A DNA stretch of 64,000 nt from Actinomycetes bacterium (lineage in GTDB: Bacteria; Actinomycetota; Acidimicrobiia; Spongiisociales; ZC4RG35), in NCBI GenBank assembly GCA_003242515.2, contig QGUS02000001.1, forward strand, positions 12,853-76,852. Reading direction: 5' to 3'. Of the stretch, positions 37,929 through 47,914 are shown one piece after another (within the stretch, counting starts at the first letter, position 1; every line of letters starts with the position of its first letter). The position numbers and the translations under genes are program-made. The notes under the pieces were generated by a model that saw nothing but the letters and a program-made list of their open reading frames with translations, was not told where the DNA came from and searched no databases.

Positions 37929-39533
37929 CTAGCTGATCTCCACCCAGTCGACGACCTCGGGGAGGCGCCGGCCGAGGAGGCGGGAGGAGAGGGCGAGGGA
38001 CACCAGGTAGACCACCGCACCCCACAGAATCGCGATGCCGGCGGTGACCCAGGGCGACAGCGCCTCGCCGAACGCGACGGTGAGGACGGCCGCCGAGGCC
38101 GGGATCACCAGCAGCAGCCCGATGGTGAAGAACGACACCGTCTGGGCTGCGATGGCGAGGCATCCCTGCTCGGTCGACTGGGCGAACACGTCCGTCCCCT
38201 CGCGGGGCAGGCGGAGTGGGGCCAGCACCGAGACCATGTTCCCGACCGCCAGTTGGCACCCGATCGCGCAGAGCATCAGGGGCACCACCAGCGGGGTCCA
38301 TCTCCAGGAACCGGTGAACGCGGAGAGCCCGACGGCGAAGATCGTGGTCTCGATGGTGAGGGCCATGGCCACTGCCAGGTTCTTCCCGAGGATCATCTGC
38401 CTCGGCTTGACCGGGAGCACGAACAGGTAGCTGGCCGCGTTGCGCTCCCAGCCGAACTGATTGAGGGCGATGGGGAGGCCGACGAACAGGACCAGCACCG
38501 GGGCGAACAGGGGCGCCCAGGAGCTGGACCGGAGGTCGGTGATCATCGATGCCCCGACCATCGAGCCCGCCACCGCCAGACCCACGAAGATGACGGTCCC
38601 GGTCCACACCAGCCGCTGCCGGGGATCCCGGACGTAGAAGCGGAGCTCCTTGCGGGCGAGCGTGGGCACCGCGCCCCACGGCCCGGTCGCCATGCCCAGC
38701 CGCCGTGCCCTCCGAGCCGGCCGGCTGCCCTCGGGCGGGGTGGTGAGCATGTGCCGGAGGAGGCGGCGCCAGACGATGGAGAGGAGCAGCAGACCGGCCG
38801 CGGCGACGACCAGCAGGCCGAGTGCGGGGAGGAAGCCGCCTCGAGCGGCCGCGAGGATCGCCCGCTGGGCGGCGACCGGCGGGAGCAGGTTCGCCCAGCC
38901 CTCCAGGGGGGCCGACTTCACGGCCGCGGCGAGGCCGATCTCGTCGATCGTGTCGGCGATGCGGCGGTAGGCGAAGAACGCGCCGCCGCCCATGCCGAGG
39001 ATCAGGAAGGTGGCGAGGTCACGCCCGCGGCGGGTGCGCAGGAGGGCGGACACCGCGGCGGAGAAGAGCTGGGTGGCGACGGCCAGCGTGGCCAGGTAGA
39101 CGAGCGAGGCGGGGATGGCCATCCACCAGCCGGCCGGGACGATGGCGGCGTTGGTGACGAGGAGCACCACCGGCACGACGGTCGCCGGGGCGACGAGACT
39201 TGCGGCGGCCAGGCCGAGGATCATCCGGGTCCCCGTGATCGGCAGCACGGCTAGCTGCATCGGGTCGAGGTTCTCGTCGAGCGGGAAGATGATGACCGGG
39301 AGGGTGGTCCAGGCCACGAAGCCCAGTACGGCGACCCAGGTCATGTAGTGGGGGAAGGCGGCCGGGTCGGTGTCCCGGAGCATCGCCGAGAGGTCGAGGT
39401 GCTTTCCGGCGAGCCAGACGGCGAGCCAGGTCAGGAGGGCGAGCGCGATCGGGAAACCGAACCGCCGCTGCGGGTCGTGCTTGATCCCGTTCCAGGTGAG
39501 ACGGGCCTTGAGGCCTACGAAGTGGCGTACCAC
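37929..39533 (-). CDS. ABC-2 type transporter permease
   Basis: About 12 TM helices; DENLDPMQLAVLP, RKELRFYVRDPR, NQFGWE; directly downstream of an ABC ATPase. Confidence 0.85.
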   Translation of the reverse strand: MVRHFVGLKARLTWNGIKHDPQRRFGFPIALALLTWLAVWLAGKHLDLSAMLRDTDPAAFPHYMTWVAVLGFVAWTTLPVIIFPLDENLDPMQLAVLPITGTRMILGLAAASLVAPATVVPVVLLVTNAAIVPAGWWMAIPASLVYLATLAVATQLFSAAVSALLRTRRGRDLATFLILGMGGGAFFAYRRIADTIDEIGLAAAVKSAPLEGWANLLPPVAAQRAILAAARGGFLPALGLLVVAAAGLLLLSIVWRRLLRHMLTTPPEGSRPARRARRLGMATGPWGAVPTLARKELRFYVRDPRQRLVWTGTVIFVGLAVAGSMVGASMITDLRSSSWAPLFAPVLVLFVGLPIALNQFGWERNAASYLFVLPVKPRQMILGKNLAVAMALTIETTIFAVGLSAFTGSWRWTPLVVPLMLCAIGCQLAVGNMVSVLAPLRLPREGTDVFAQSTEQGCLAIAAQTVSFFTIGLLLVIPASAAVLTVAFGEALSPWVTAGIAILWGAVVYLVSLALSSRLLGRRLPEVVDWVEIS

Positions 39534-40315
39534 GAAGCGCCGTCCACCTCACCGCCGACCGCGGCGATGAAGGCGTCCTCGATGTCGTCCTTGCCGGTGA
39601 GCTTGCAGAGGCCCTCGGGGGTCTCCTCGATGACCAGACGGCCGCCCACCATGATCCCGATCCGGGTGCACAGCTTCTCCACCAGGTGCATCTCGTGGGA
39701 GGAGAAGATGATCGTGGTGCCCTGGGCCGCCGCCTCCCGGAGCAGGTTCCGGATGATGCGGGCGGACACCGCATCCACGCCCTCGAACGGCTCGTCCAGG
39801 AAGAGCACGGGCGGGCGGTGGATGATCGCCGCGCCGAGGGCGATCTTCTTCCGCATGCCGCGGGAGTAGTCGCCGATCAGCTTGGTGGCCGCGTCGGTGA
39901 GGTCGAGCATGTCGAGCAGCTCGTCGCGGCGGGAGACGGTCTCCTCCCGGCTCAGGCCGTGCATGGCCCCGGTGAAGTCGAGCAGCTCGGCGCCGGTGAG
40001 GCGCTCGTAGAGGTTGAACTCCTCGGGGAGCACGCCGATGCGGGCCTTCACCTCCGTGGGCTGTTTCCAGGTGTCGAACTCCCCGATGCCGGCGGTCCCC
40101 TCCGTGGGCCGGAGCAGCCCGACGATCATGCGGATGGTCGTGGTCTTGCCGGCGCCGTTCTGGCCGAGCAGGCCGTAGAACTCGCCGGGCTGGACGGAGA
40201 GGTTCAGGTTGTCGACGGCGACGTACTTGCCGAAACGCCGGGTCAGGCCACGGGCCCAGACGGCCGGCCGCGGCGAGGCGTCCCAGTCGTCGCCCCAGTC
40301 AGGGAGATGATCCAC
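39515..40315 (-). CDS. ABC transporter ATP-binding protein
   Basis: GQNGAGKTT, YSRGMRKK, FLDEPFEGVD, SSH. Confidence 0.94.
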   Translation of the reverse strand: MDHLPDWGDDWDASPRPAVWARGLTRRFGKYVAVDNLNLSVQPGEFYGLLGQNGAGKTTTIRMIVGLLRPTEGTAGIGEFDTWKQPTEVKARIGVLPEEFNLYERLTGAELLDFTGAMHGLSREETVSRRDELLDMLDLTDAATKLIGDYSRGMRKKIALGAAIIHRPPVLFLDEPFEGVDAVSARIIRNLLREAAAQGTTIIFSSHEMHLVEKLCTRIGIMVGGRLVIEETPEGLCKLTGKDDIEDAFIAAVGGEVDGASWYATS

Positions 40316-40504
40316 GGAGGAAGTATCGACCCTCGGCGTGGCTGGGTGAACCCTTTGTCATCCCCGCCGCCCAGCGACGGGGGTGGTTCTCTGCAAGGCA
40401 CCGAGGGGGCGCGCCGCGCAGCGCCCCGTACCGTGCCCGGTTCCACCGGCCACGAAGCAGCGGCCATGCAACTCGTCCCTCGCAGGCGGTACGGTTGACC
40501 CTGC

Positions 40505-42226
40505 ATGGAGTACCAGGCGCTCTACCGGAAGTACCGCCCCCAGACCTTCGACGAGGTGATCGGCCAGGGGCACGTCACCACCACCCTCGCCCGGGAGGTC
40601 GCCGAGGGACGCGTCGCCCATGCCTATCTCTTCGCCGGCCCCCGCGGCACGGGCAAGACCACGACCGCCCGCATCCTCGCCAAGGCCCTCAACTGCGAGA
40701 ACCGGCACAAGGACGGCACCCCCTGCAACGAGTGCTCCAGCTGCGTCGCCATCACCGAGGGCACCTCGCTCGACGTGCTCGAGCTCGACGCCGCATCGCA
40801 CAACTCCGTCGAGGACATCCGTGACATCCGGGTAAGCGTGACCACGGTCGCCTCGGTGGAGACCTCGAAGCGGGTGTTCGTCCTCGACGAGGCCCACATG
40901 CTCTCCAAGGCCGCCGGCAACGCCCTCCTCAAGACGCTGGAGGAGCCGCCGGACCACGTCGTCTTCGTCCTCGCCACCACCGAGCCCTACAAGCTGCTGG
41001 ACACGATCCGCAGCCGCACCCAGCGGTTCGACTTCCACCCGGTGGCGATCGATGAGCTCGCCGGGTACCTCTCCACGATCTGCGACCGGGAGGGCTACCA
41101 GGCCGAGCCGGCCGCGCTCGTGGCCATCGCCCGTCATGCGGGCGGGTCGGTCCGTGACTCTTTGTCCCTGCTCGAGCAGGTGGCTGCCCTCGGCAACGGC
41201 AAAGTCGACTCGCCGGGCGTCAGGAGGGCCCTGGGCCTCTCCGGCTCCGAGGCCATGATGACCCTGGCCAGGGCGGTTGCCGAGAACGACGCCAAGGCGG
41301 CGCTGGAGCTGGTGGCAGAGATGGCGGGCGACGGCGTCGACCTCCGCCGTTTCGTCTCCGAGGCGATCTCCTTCTTCCGGGGCGTCTTCCTCGCCCAGTA
41401 CGCCCCCAACCTCGCCGAGATCTCCGACGAGTCCGAGGACGTCCACGAGATGTGGACGAAGGCCGCCGAGATCGTGCCCCGCAGCGACGTCCTCCGCTCC
41501 ATCGACCTGCTCTCCGAGGCGCTGGTCAAGCTCCGGGAGGGCCGGGAGGAGCGGCTGATGACCGAGCTGGCCCTCATCAAGATGACCCGGCCGGAGACAT
41601 CCACCGACCCCGAGGCGCTGATCGCCCGGATGGACCGGATCGAGCGCAGGCTCGCCGGCCAGGGCGCCGCCGCCTACGTCCAGCCCGAGACCCCGGCGCC
41701 GTCGCGCCCGGCACCCGCACCGGCTGCGTCGGCGCCTGTCGATCCGGCCCCGGCGCCGGAGCCCCCCGCTGCCCCGCCGCCGGCGGCGGCTGCGTCCGCC
41801 CCCCAGGCCGAGCCGGAGCCGGCACCCGCCGGGGACTCCGGGCTGCCCGTGACCCTCGAAGCCCTCACCAGGGTGTGGCCCGGTCTGTTCGGCTCGCTGA
41901 AGGACCTGCTCGGCGCCCGCCGCTGGGCGCTCTTCAAGGAGGCCGTGCCCGTCGCCGTCGAGGGGCGCACCCTGATCCTCGAGGTCCCCGCCGGCTTCCA
42001 CCTCACCTCCCTCCAGGAGGACGAGACGGTGGCCCGCATCGTCGCCACCAAGGCCTCCGACCTATTGGGCACCCAGGTGCGGATCGCGTTCCGGGGGAGG
42101 GGCGTGACCCGTCAGGAGCCGCAGTCGACCGAGGACATCGACTTCAACCAGCTCGAGGAGCGGCCGACCGTCGACCCGGAGACCCTGCTCGTCACCGAGC
42201 TGGGCGCCCAGGTCGTCGAAGAGTGA
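40505..42226 (+). CDS. dnaX: DNA polymerase III subunit gamma/tau
   Basis: [20 protein letters not shown], Zn-binding cysteines, DEAHML, TIRSR; Pro/Ala linker. Confidence 0.97.
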   Translation: MEYQALYRKYRPQTFDEVIGQGHVTTTLAREVAEGRVAHAYLFAGPRGTGKTTTARILAKALNCENRHKDGTPCNECSSCVAITEGTSLDVLELDAASHNSVEDIRDIRVSVTTVASVETSKRVFVLDEAHMLSKAAGNALLKTLEEPPDHVVFVLATTEPYKLLDTIRSRTQRFDFHPVAIDELAGYLSTICDREGYQAEPAALVAIARHAGGSVRDSLSLLEQVAALGNGKVDSPGVRRALGLSGSEAMMTLARAVAENDAKAALELVAEMAGDGVDLRRFVSEAISFFRGVFLAQYAPNLAEISDESEDVHEMWTKAAEIVPRSDVLRSIDLLSEALVKLREGREERLMTELALIKMTRPETSTDPEALIARMDRIERRLAGQGAAAYVQPETPAPSRPAPAPAASAPVDPAPAPEPPAAPPPAAAASAPQAEPEPAPAGDSGLPVTLEALTRVWPGLFGSLKDLLGARRWALFKEAVPVAVEGRTLILEVPAGFHLTSLQEDETVARIVATKASDLLGTQVRIAFRGRGVTRQEPQSTEDIDFNQLEERPTVDPETLLVTELGAQVVEE

Positions 42227-42259
42227 GTTTCTGGCCCGGACCGCCTGTACCCTGGCCAC

Positions 42260-42577
42260 ATGAACCGGCCCCCCGACATGCGTCAGCTCTTGAAGCAGGC
42301 GCAGCAGATGCAACAGGAGATGCTGGCTGCCCAGAACGAGCTGGCGCAGCAGCGTTACGAGGGCTCGGCCGGCGGCGGCCTCGTCACCGCCGTCGTGTCC
42401 GGCTCCCAGGAGGTGCTGGAGATCAAGATCTCGCCCGAGGTCGTCGACCCGTCGGATGTCGAGATGCTCGAGGACCTCGTCGTGGCGGCGATCCGCCAGG
42501 CGATGGAGAACGCGGCGGCCGCGGCCGCCGAACGGCTCGGCGGCCTCACCGGTGGCCTCGGGGGTCTCTTCGGCTGA
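42260..42577 (+). CDS. ybaB: YbaB/EbfC nucleoid-associated protein
   Basis: [26 protein letters not shown]; located between dnaX and recR. Confidence 0.95.
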   Translation: MNRPPDMRQLLKQAQQMQQEMLAAQNELAQQRYEGSAGGGLVTAVVSGSQEVLEIKISPEVVDPSDVEMLEDLVVAAIRQAMENAAAAAAERLGGLTGGLGGLFG

Positions 42578-43164
42578 TGTTCGAAGGCCCGGTCCAGCGT
42601 CTCGTCGACGAGCTGAGCCGGCTCCCCGGCATCGGGGCCAAGTCGGCCCAGCGTCTCGCCTTCCACCTGCTCACGGTGGATGAGGCCGACGCCCGACGGC
42701 TCGCCGCGGCCATCAACGACATGCGGGACCAGGTGGGGACCTGCACGCAGTGCTTCAACGTCGCCTCCGGCGACCTCTGCTCCATCTGCCGTGACCCCCG
42801 GCGGGACCGTTCGATCATCTGCGTCGTGGAGCGTCCCCAGGACATCGTGGTGGTGGAGCGGACCCAGGAGTTCCGCGGCCTCTACCACGTGCTCGGCGGG
42901 GCACTGTCACCCATCAACGGCATCGGCCCGGGTCAGCTTCGCTTCGACGAGTTGAAGGGCCGCCTCGAGGGGGTCACCGAGCTGATCGTCGCCACCAACC
43001 CGACCGTGGAGGGCGACGCCACCGCCATGTACATCGCCCGGGAGTTCAAGCCCCTGGGCGTGAGGGTCACCCGTCTCGCCTCCGGCCTCCCGGTCGGCGG
43101 CGACCTCGACTATGCCGACGAGCTCACCCTTGGCCGGGCTCTGGCCGGCCGCGCCGAGCTCTAG
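42577..43164 (+). CDS. recR: Recombination mediator RecR
   Basis: [16 protein letters not shown]4 zinc finger, [22 protein letters not shown]. Confidence 0.97.
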   Translation: MFEGPVQRLVDELSRLPGIGAKSAQRLAFHLLTVDEADARRLAAAINDMRDQVGTCTQCFNVASGDLCSICRDPRRDRSIICVVERPQDIVVVERTQEFRGLYHVLGGALSPINGIGPGQLRFDELKGRLEGVTELIVATNPTVEGDATAMYIAREFKPLGVRVTRLASGLPVGGDLDYADELTLGRALAGRAEL

Positions 43165-43499
43165 GTCACACCCAGCAGACGACGCAGAAGTACCTCCCGC
43201 CACCACCCCCGGGTGCCGGCTCGCCGCTGGCCTGGGGCGACCCGGACCACGTCCGCGGCCTCTTCGGCGACCGGATGGAGCTCACCTTCACCCCGATGAC
43301 GATCGACCTGTCCGACGGCGCATCCCTCGACGACCAGGTGGAACGGTTCATCTCCGTCTTCCCGCCATTGGTGACGGCGCGGCGGATCCAGGAGCAGGAC
43401 GGTTCGTGGGATGACGCCCTCGAGGACCTCCGTCCCGCGGTGGCGGGGATGTTCCTCACCGCGCCCAGCTTTCTACTCGTGGGCGGGGTGAAGCTCTAG
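43165..43499 (+). pseudogene. 5'-truncated class I SAM-methyltransferase remnant
   Basis: In-frame YLPPPPPGAGSPLAWGDPDHVRGLFG precedes ORF 43275..43499; resembles a methyltransferase C-terminal half; no SAM-binding N-terminus or upstream start. Confidence 0.55.
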
Positions 43500-44491
43500 T
43501 CCAGGATCCCGTCCTCGGAGAGCTCCCGGAGACGACGGAGGTCGTGCTTGGCCTCCATGTACCGGATCGACCCGGTCTTCGACCGCATGATCACGGAGTG
43601 CGTGGTTGCGTGGTCCGACCCGGTGAACACCACCGGCTTGAGGAACTCGCCGCCGGTCACGCCGGTGGCCGCGAAGAACACGTTGTCCGACGACACCAGG
43701 TCGTTGGTCGTGAGCACCCGGGTCAGGTCCGTCCCCATGTCCTGTGCTCGGAGCTTCTCCTCCTCGTTGCGCGCCCAGAGACGGCACTGGATCTCGCCGC
43801 CCATGCACTTGAGGGCTGCCGCGGCGATCACCGCCTCCGGTGACCCGCCGATTCCGAGCATGACGTCGACCTCCTCGTCGTCCTCGGCGGTGGCGATGGC
43901 GGCGGCCACGTCGCCGTCCCGGAACAGCGAGATGCGGGCGCCGACGGCCCGGACCTCCTCGATGTGCCGGCGGTTGCGATCCCTGTCGAGGATCAGGCAG
44001 CGCAGCTCGCCGATCTCCTTGCCCCGGGCCTTGGCGATCTTCTTCAGGTTGTCGGCGATCGGGGCGTCCAGGTCGATGAGGCCCGCGGCGTCGGGGCCTA
44101 CGGCGATCTTGTCCATGTAGACGAACGGGCCCGGGTCGTACATGGTCCCCCGGCCCTCGGCGATGGCGATCACGGTGATGGCGCCGGGGAGACCGTGGGC
44201 GGTCAGCGTGGTGCCGTCGATCGGGTCCACGGCCACGTCCACGACCATGCCCTGCCCGGTGCCGACCCGCTCGCCGTTGTAGAGCATCGGGGCCTCGTCC
44301 TTTTCGCCCTCGCCGATGACCACGATCCCGTCGATGTCGAGGGTGGAGAGGTGGAGGCGCATGCCGTCGACGGCGGCCTGGTCGACGGCCTCCTTGTCGC
44401 CACGGCCCAGCCAGCGGGCGGCGCCGAGGGCTGCGGTCTCGGTGACCCGGACCAGGTCGAGACCGAGGTTCCTCTCGATCGGCTCGGCCAT
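43496..44491 (-). CDS. glpX: Class II fructose-1,6-bisphosphatase
   Basis: RVTETAA, VVIGEGEKDEAPML, DPIDGT, YMDK, DGDV, GIGGSPE. Confidence 0.96.
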   Translation of the reverse strand: MAEPIERNLGLDLVRVTETAALGAARWLGRGDKEAVDQAAVDGMRLHLSTLDIDGIVVIGEGEKDEAPMLYNGERVGTGQGMVVDVAVDPIDGTTLTAHGLPGAITVIAIAEGRGTMYDPGPFVYMDKIAVGPDAAGLIDLDAPIADNLKKIAKARGKEIGELRCLILDRDRNRRHIEEVRAVGARISLFRDGDVAAAIATAEDDEEVDVMLGIGGSPEAVIAAAALKCMGGEIQCRLWARNEEEKLRAQDMGTDLTRVLTTNDLVSSDNVFFAATGVTGGEFLKPVVFTGSDHATTHSVIMRSKTGSIRYMEAKHDLRRLRELSEDGILD

Positions 44492-45651
44492 CAGCCCACC
44501 TCGACGATGATCGCGTCGCCCTGGCCGCCACCGCCACAGAGGGCGGCGGCGCCGATGCCGCCACCGCGGGCCATGAGGGCATTGATGAGGGTGACCACGA
44601 TGCGGGCGCCGGTCGCACCCAGCGGATGGCCGAGGGCCACGGCTCCACCGTGGACGTTCACCTTCTCCGGTGGGATGTCGAGGAGCTTCGCCGACCAGAG
44701 GGACACGGCGGCGAAGGCCTCGTTGATCTCGACGAGGTGGAGGTCGTTGGGGGAGAGACCGGCCCTCTTCAGCGCCACCTGGAGGGCCTCGGCGGGACGC
44801 TCGTGGAGGGTGGCGTCGACCCCGCCGACCTGACCGTAGGCGAGGATGCGGGCCAGGACTGGAGCGCCGACGGCCTCGGCCGCCTCCACCGACGCCAGCA
44901 CCACGGCGGCGGCGCCGTCGGAGATCTGGGAGGCGTTGCCGGCGGTGATGGTCCCCTGGGGGTTGAAGGCGGGGCGCAGCTTGCCCAGCGACTCGACGCT
45001 GCTGCCGGGGCGGATGCCCTCGTCGGCCTCGACCAAGCCCTCGCGCCCCTCCACGGGGACGATCTCCCCGGCGAAGTGGCCGGAGCGGGTGGCCTCGTCG
45101 GCGCGCTCGTGGCTGCGGGCCGCCCACTCGTCCTGCTCCTCCCGGCTGATCCCGAGACGGTCGTTCTTCAGGTCCGACGACTCGCCCATCGTGCACTTGT
45201 CGAAGGCGCAGAAGAGGCCATCGTGCTGCATCACGTCGACGAGGGCGGCGTCGCCGATGCGGACGCCCCACCGGAGCTCGCGGATCACATGCGGGGCGTT
45301 GGACATGCTCTCCATGCCACCGGCGACGACGAACTGGGACTCACCGAGGCGGATGGCCCGGTCCCCGAGGGCGATGGCGGACATGCCCGAGAGGCAGACC
45401 TTGTTGATGGTGGTGGCCGGCACGGTCATGGGGACGCCCCCGGCGACGGCGGCCTGGCGGGAAGTGATCTGGCCCTCGCCCGCCTGGAGGACGTGTCCGA
45501 AGAGGACCTCGTCCACGGCCGCGGGGTCGACGCCGGAGCGCTGCAGCGCACCCGCGATCGCCGCCCCGCCCAACTCCACGGCGCGCTTGGTGGCGAGGGC
45601 GCCGTTGTACTTCCCGATGGGGGTGCGGGCGATGCCGGTGATGACGGTCAT
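44491..45651 (-). CDS. Acetyl-CoA C-acetyltransferase (thiolase)
   Basis: NKVCLSG, GGMESMS, NASQISDGAAA, EINEAFA, GHPLGATG, CGGGGQG. Confidence 0.95.
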   Translation of the reverse strand: MTVITGIARTPIGKYNGALATKRAVELGGAAIAGALQRSGVDPAAVDEVLFGHVLQAGEGQITSRQAAVAGGVPMTVPATTINKVCLSGMSAIALGDRAIRLGESQFVVAGGMESMSNAPHVIRELRWGVRIGDAALVDVMQHDGLFCAFDKCTMGESSDLKNDRLGISREEQDEWAARSHERADEATRSGHFAGEIVPVEGREGLVEADEGIRPGSSVESLGKLRPAFNPQGTITAGNASQISDGAAAVVLASVEAAEAVGAPVLARILAYGQVGGVDATLHERPAEALQVALKRAGLSPNDLHLVEINEAFAAVSLWSAKLLDIPPEKVNVHGGAVALGHPLGATGARIVVTLINALMARGGGIGAAALCGGGGQGDAIIVEVG

Positions 45652-45789
45652 TTCAGGGATTGTAAGGAGCCGGCACGGGTGCGGCCCGTCGCGCTTCGAC
45701 GCCTGCTCCGCACCCGGTACCCGAAACCAGGGTGGGAGTACGGTGGTCAGAGTCCAAGTACCAAGTACTCATTGCCACGTACCGAGAGA

Positions 45790-46200
45790 ATGAAGCTCCT
45801 CAACCTCGACCACGTCGCCATCGCCGTCCACGACCTCGACGCCGCCATCGCGGGCTACCGCGAGCGCTATGGGGTCAAGCCCGTCTACCGGGAGGTGGTG
45901 GAGAGCCAGGGGGTCGAGGAGGCGATGATCCCCGTGGGAGGCTCGTTCGTGCAGCTCCTCATGCCACTGGGGCCCGAAACCCCCGTGGGCCGTTTCCTGT
46001 CGAAGAACGGTGAGGGAATGCACCACATCGCCTTCGCCGTGTCGTCGATCGAGACCGCCCTGGAGCACCTCAAGGCCCAGGGCGCCCGGCTCGTCGACGA
46101 GACGCCACGCCCCGGTGGCCGTGGGGCTCGCATCGCCTTCGTCCACCCGGCCGACCTGACCGGCACCCTGATCGAGCTGGTGGAGCTGGGAGATGAGTGA
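45790..46200 (+). CDS. mce: Methylmalonyl-CoA epimerase
   Basis: LDHVAIAV, QGVEEA, GEGMHHIAF, FVHP, GTLIELVE; divergent from the thiolase. Confidence 0.92.
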   Translation: MKLLNLDHVAIAVHDLDAAIAGYRERYGVKPVYREVVESQGVEEAMIPVGGSFVQLLMPLGPETPVGRFLSKNGEGMHHIAFAVSSIETALEHLKAQGARLVDETPRPGGRGARIAFVHPADLTGTLIELVELGDE

Positions 46201-46390
46201 CATCCACATCCGGGGTGGCGCCACCGAGTTCGAGGCCGCGGTGATCGCGATCGTGATCGACCACCTCTCCAGGGAGGAGGCCGCCGCACGCCAGGGTGGC
46301 CGCCCCGACCCGAGGCTCCCGGCGTGGGTCCGGGCGATGCCTCAGCTCACCCCTGATCGTCTGATCCCGGCAACGCCGGATCCGCGCTGA
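46193..46390 (+). CDS. Small protein resembling the acyl-CoA carboxylase epsilon subunit
   Basis: IRGGATEFEAAVIAIV...PAWVRA pattern; overlaps the mce stop with a GGAG RBS. Confidence 0.55.
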   Translation: MSDIHIRGGATEFEAAVIAIVIDHLSREEAAARQGGRPDPRLPAWVRAMPQLTPDRLIPATPDPR

Positions 46391-47900
46391 CCTGCCGGCG
46401 CCGCACGACTTCCTTCAGCTCCGGGGACCGCACCAGCAGCGAGGTGATCACGAACACCACGGCTGTCACCGCGCCGGCGACGAACAGGGTGAGGATGCCG
46501 ATGACCGGGCTGTCCCCGGCCGAGAACATGGAGTTGGCCAGGGCCCGCCCCGCCAGGGCCGCCAGGGTCCCCGCGGCGGCCGACCGGTAGAGCGTTGGCA
46601 GCAGGGTGGAGGCGACGCCGCCGCCCGCCTCCCGCCACCACGCCACCGTGAGGGCGCCCGCGTAGATCAGCATGCTCAGCGTCGAGGCGATGGCCATGCC
46701 CCGTTCGCCGCCAGCCGCACGGCCGGCGATCCACATCGGGACGGTCGGCACCAGCGCCGCGGTCCCGATCACCACCGGCAGCCACATCCGGCCCTGGGCG
46801 TAGAAGTGGCGGGACATGATCTGGTGGATGCCCCAGAGGGGAATGGAGAAGGCGTAGACCGACAGCAGCGACGCCACCACCTCGGTGTCAGACGCGGTGA
46901 ACCGGCCGTAGGCGAAGAGGACCCGGACCAGCGGCACCGCCAGTGCGATCAGGGCGGCGGTGGCGGCCGCCGAGACGAAGATGGTCAGGCGGGTGGTCCG
47001 CGCCGTGGTGCGGTTGAGGGCGGGGTGGTCGCCCCTGGCCGCGAGCCGGGCCAGGAACGGGAACGCGGCCACGCCGGCAGCCTGGGCGACGACGCCCACC
47101 GGGAGCATGTTCAGCTGACGGGCGAAGGAGAGGGCGGAGGTGGCGCCCTCGGAGACCTGGCCGAAGAAGCGGACGAACTGCTCGTCGAGCGCAGCCACCG
47201 ACTGGCCGACCATCAGGGGCAGGGCCATCAGCAGGTACTGGCGGATGGCCGCACGGTCGCGTCCCGGGACGAACCAGGTGCCGGTCGGCTTCGCCCCGAG
47301 CCACTGGAGGAGGAAGTTGCCCACCGCCGATCCGGCGACCGCCCCGACGAGGAACCACTCCGGCCCGGGCCTCCCGATGGCGTTGCCGGCGAGCCCGCCG
47401 ACGATGATCCCGAGGTTGTAGACGAGGGGCGCCAGCGCCGGCATCAGGAACCGCCGGTGTGTGTACTGGACGGCCATCAGCAGCGACCCGAGCACCAGGA
47501 ACACCTGGGCGGGGAGCACGAGCCGGGTGAGCGTCACCAGCCAGGCCTGCTCCTCCACCTCGGGGAAGACGAGCCCGACTAGCGGTCCGGCGAACAGCCA
47601 CATCAGCGCCGTCAGGGAGACGATGGCGACGGCCACGAACCGGAACACCGCGGTGAAGGCGTGGCTCGCCGCCTGCGGGCCGCCCTCCTCGAGCCGGCGG
47701 CTGAGGAGCGGGACCAGCGTGATGGTGAGGTAGGCGCCGGCGACCAGGTAGTTGAGGAAGTCGGGGATCAGGAAGGCGTGGCGATAGAGGTCGCCTTCGG
47801 TGCTGACACCGAACATCGAGGCGAGCAGGACCTCGCGGAGCAGGCCGAGGAAGCGGGAGAGGAGGACGCTGGCCCCGATGATCAGGGCGGCGGAGCCCAT
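46347..47900 (-). CDS. murJ: Lipid II flippase MurJ (MviN)
   Basis: LSRFLGLLRE, AFLIPD, LPVGV, RHFYA; about 13 TM helices. Confidence 0.92.
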   Translation of the reverse strand: MGSAALIIGASVLLSRFLGLLREVLLASMFGVSTEGDLYRHAFLIPDFLNYLVAGAYLTITLVPLLSRRLEEGGPQAASHAFTAVFRFVAVAIVSLTALMWLFAGPLVGLVFPEVEEQAWLVTLTRLVLPAQVFLVLGSLLMAVQYTHRRFLMPALAPLVYNLGIIVGGLAGNAIGRPGPEWFLVGAVAGSAVGNFLLQWLGAKPTGTWFVPGRDRAAIRQYLLMALPLMVGQSVAALDEQFVRFFGQVSEGATSALSFARQLNMLPVGVVAQAAGVAAFPFLARLAARGDHPALNRTTARTTRLTIFVSAAATAALIALAVPLVRVLFAYGRFTASDTEVVASLLSVYAFSIPLWGIHQIMSRHFYAQGRMWLPVVIGTAALVPTVPMWIAGRAAGGERGMAIASTLSMLIYAGALTVAWWREAGGGVASTLLPTLYRSAAAGTLAALAGRALANSMFSAGDSPVIGILTLFVAGAVTAVVFVITSLLVRSPELKEVVRRRQVSADPALPGSDDQG

Positions 47901-47914
47901 GCCGATCGGCTTCC

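Noticed and set aside
40316-40504. SRP RNA (ffs) call upstream of dnaX
   Set aside because: The conserved helix-8 motif is not clearly present; kept only as a structured-region finding.
40505-42226. Programmed frameshift or slippage producing the DnaX gamma subunit
   Set aside because: No A-AAA-AAG heptamer or poly-A run was seen.
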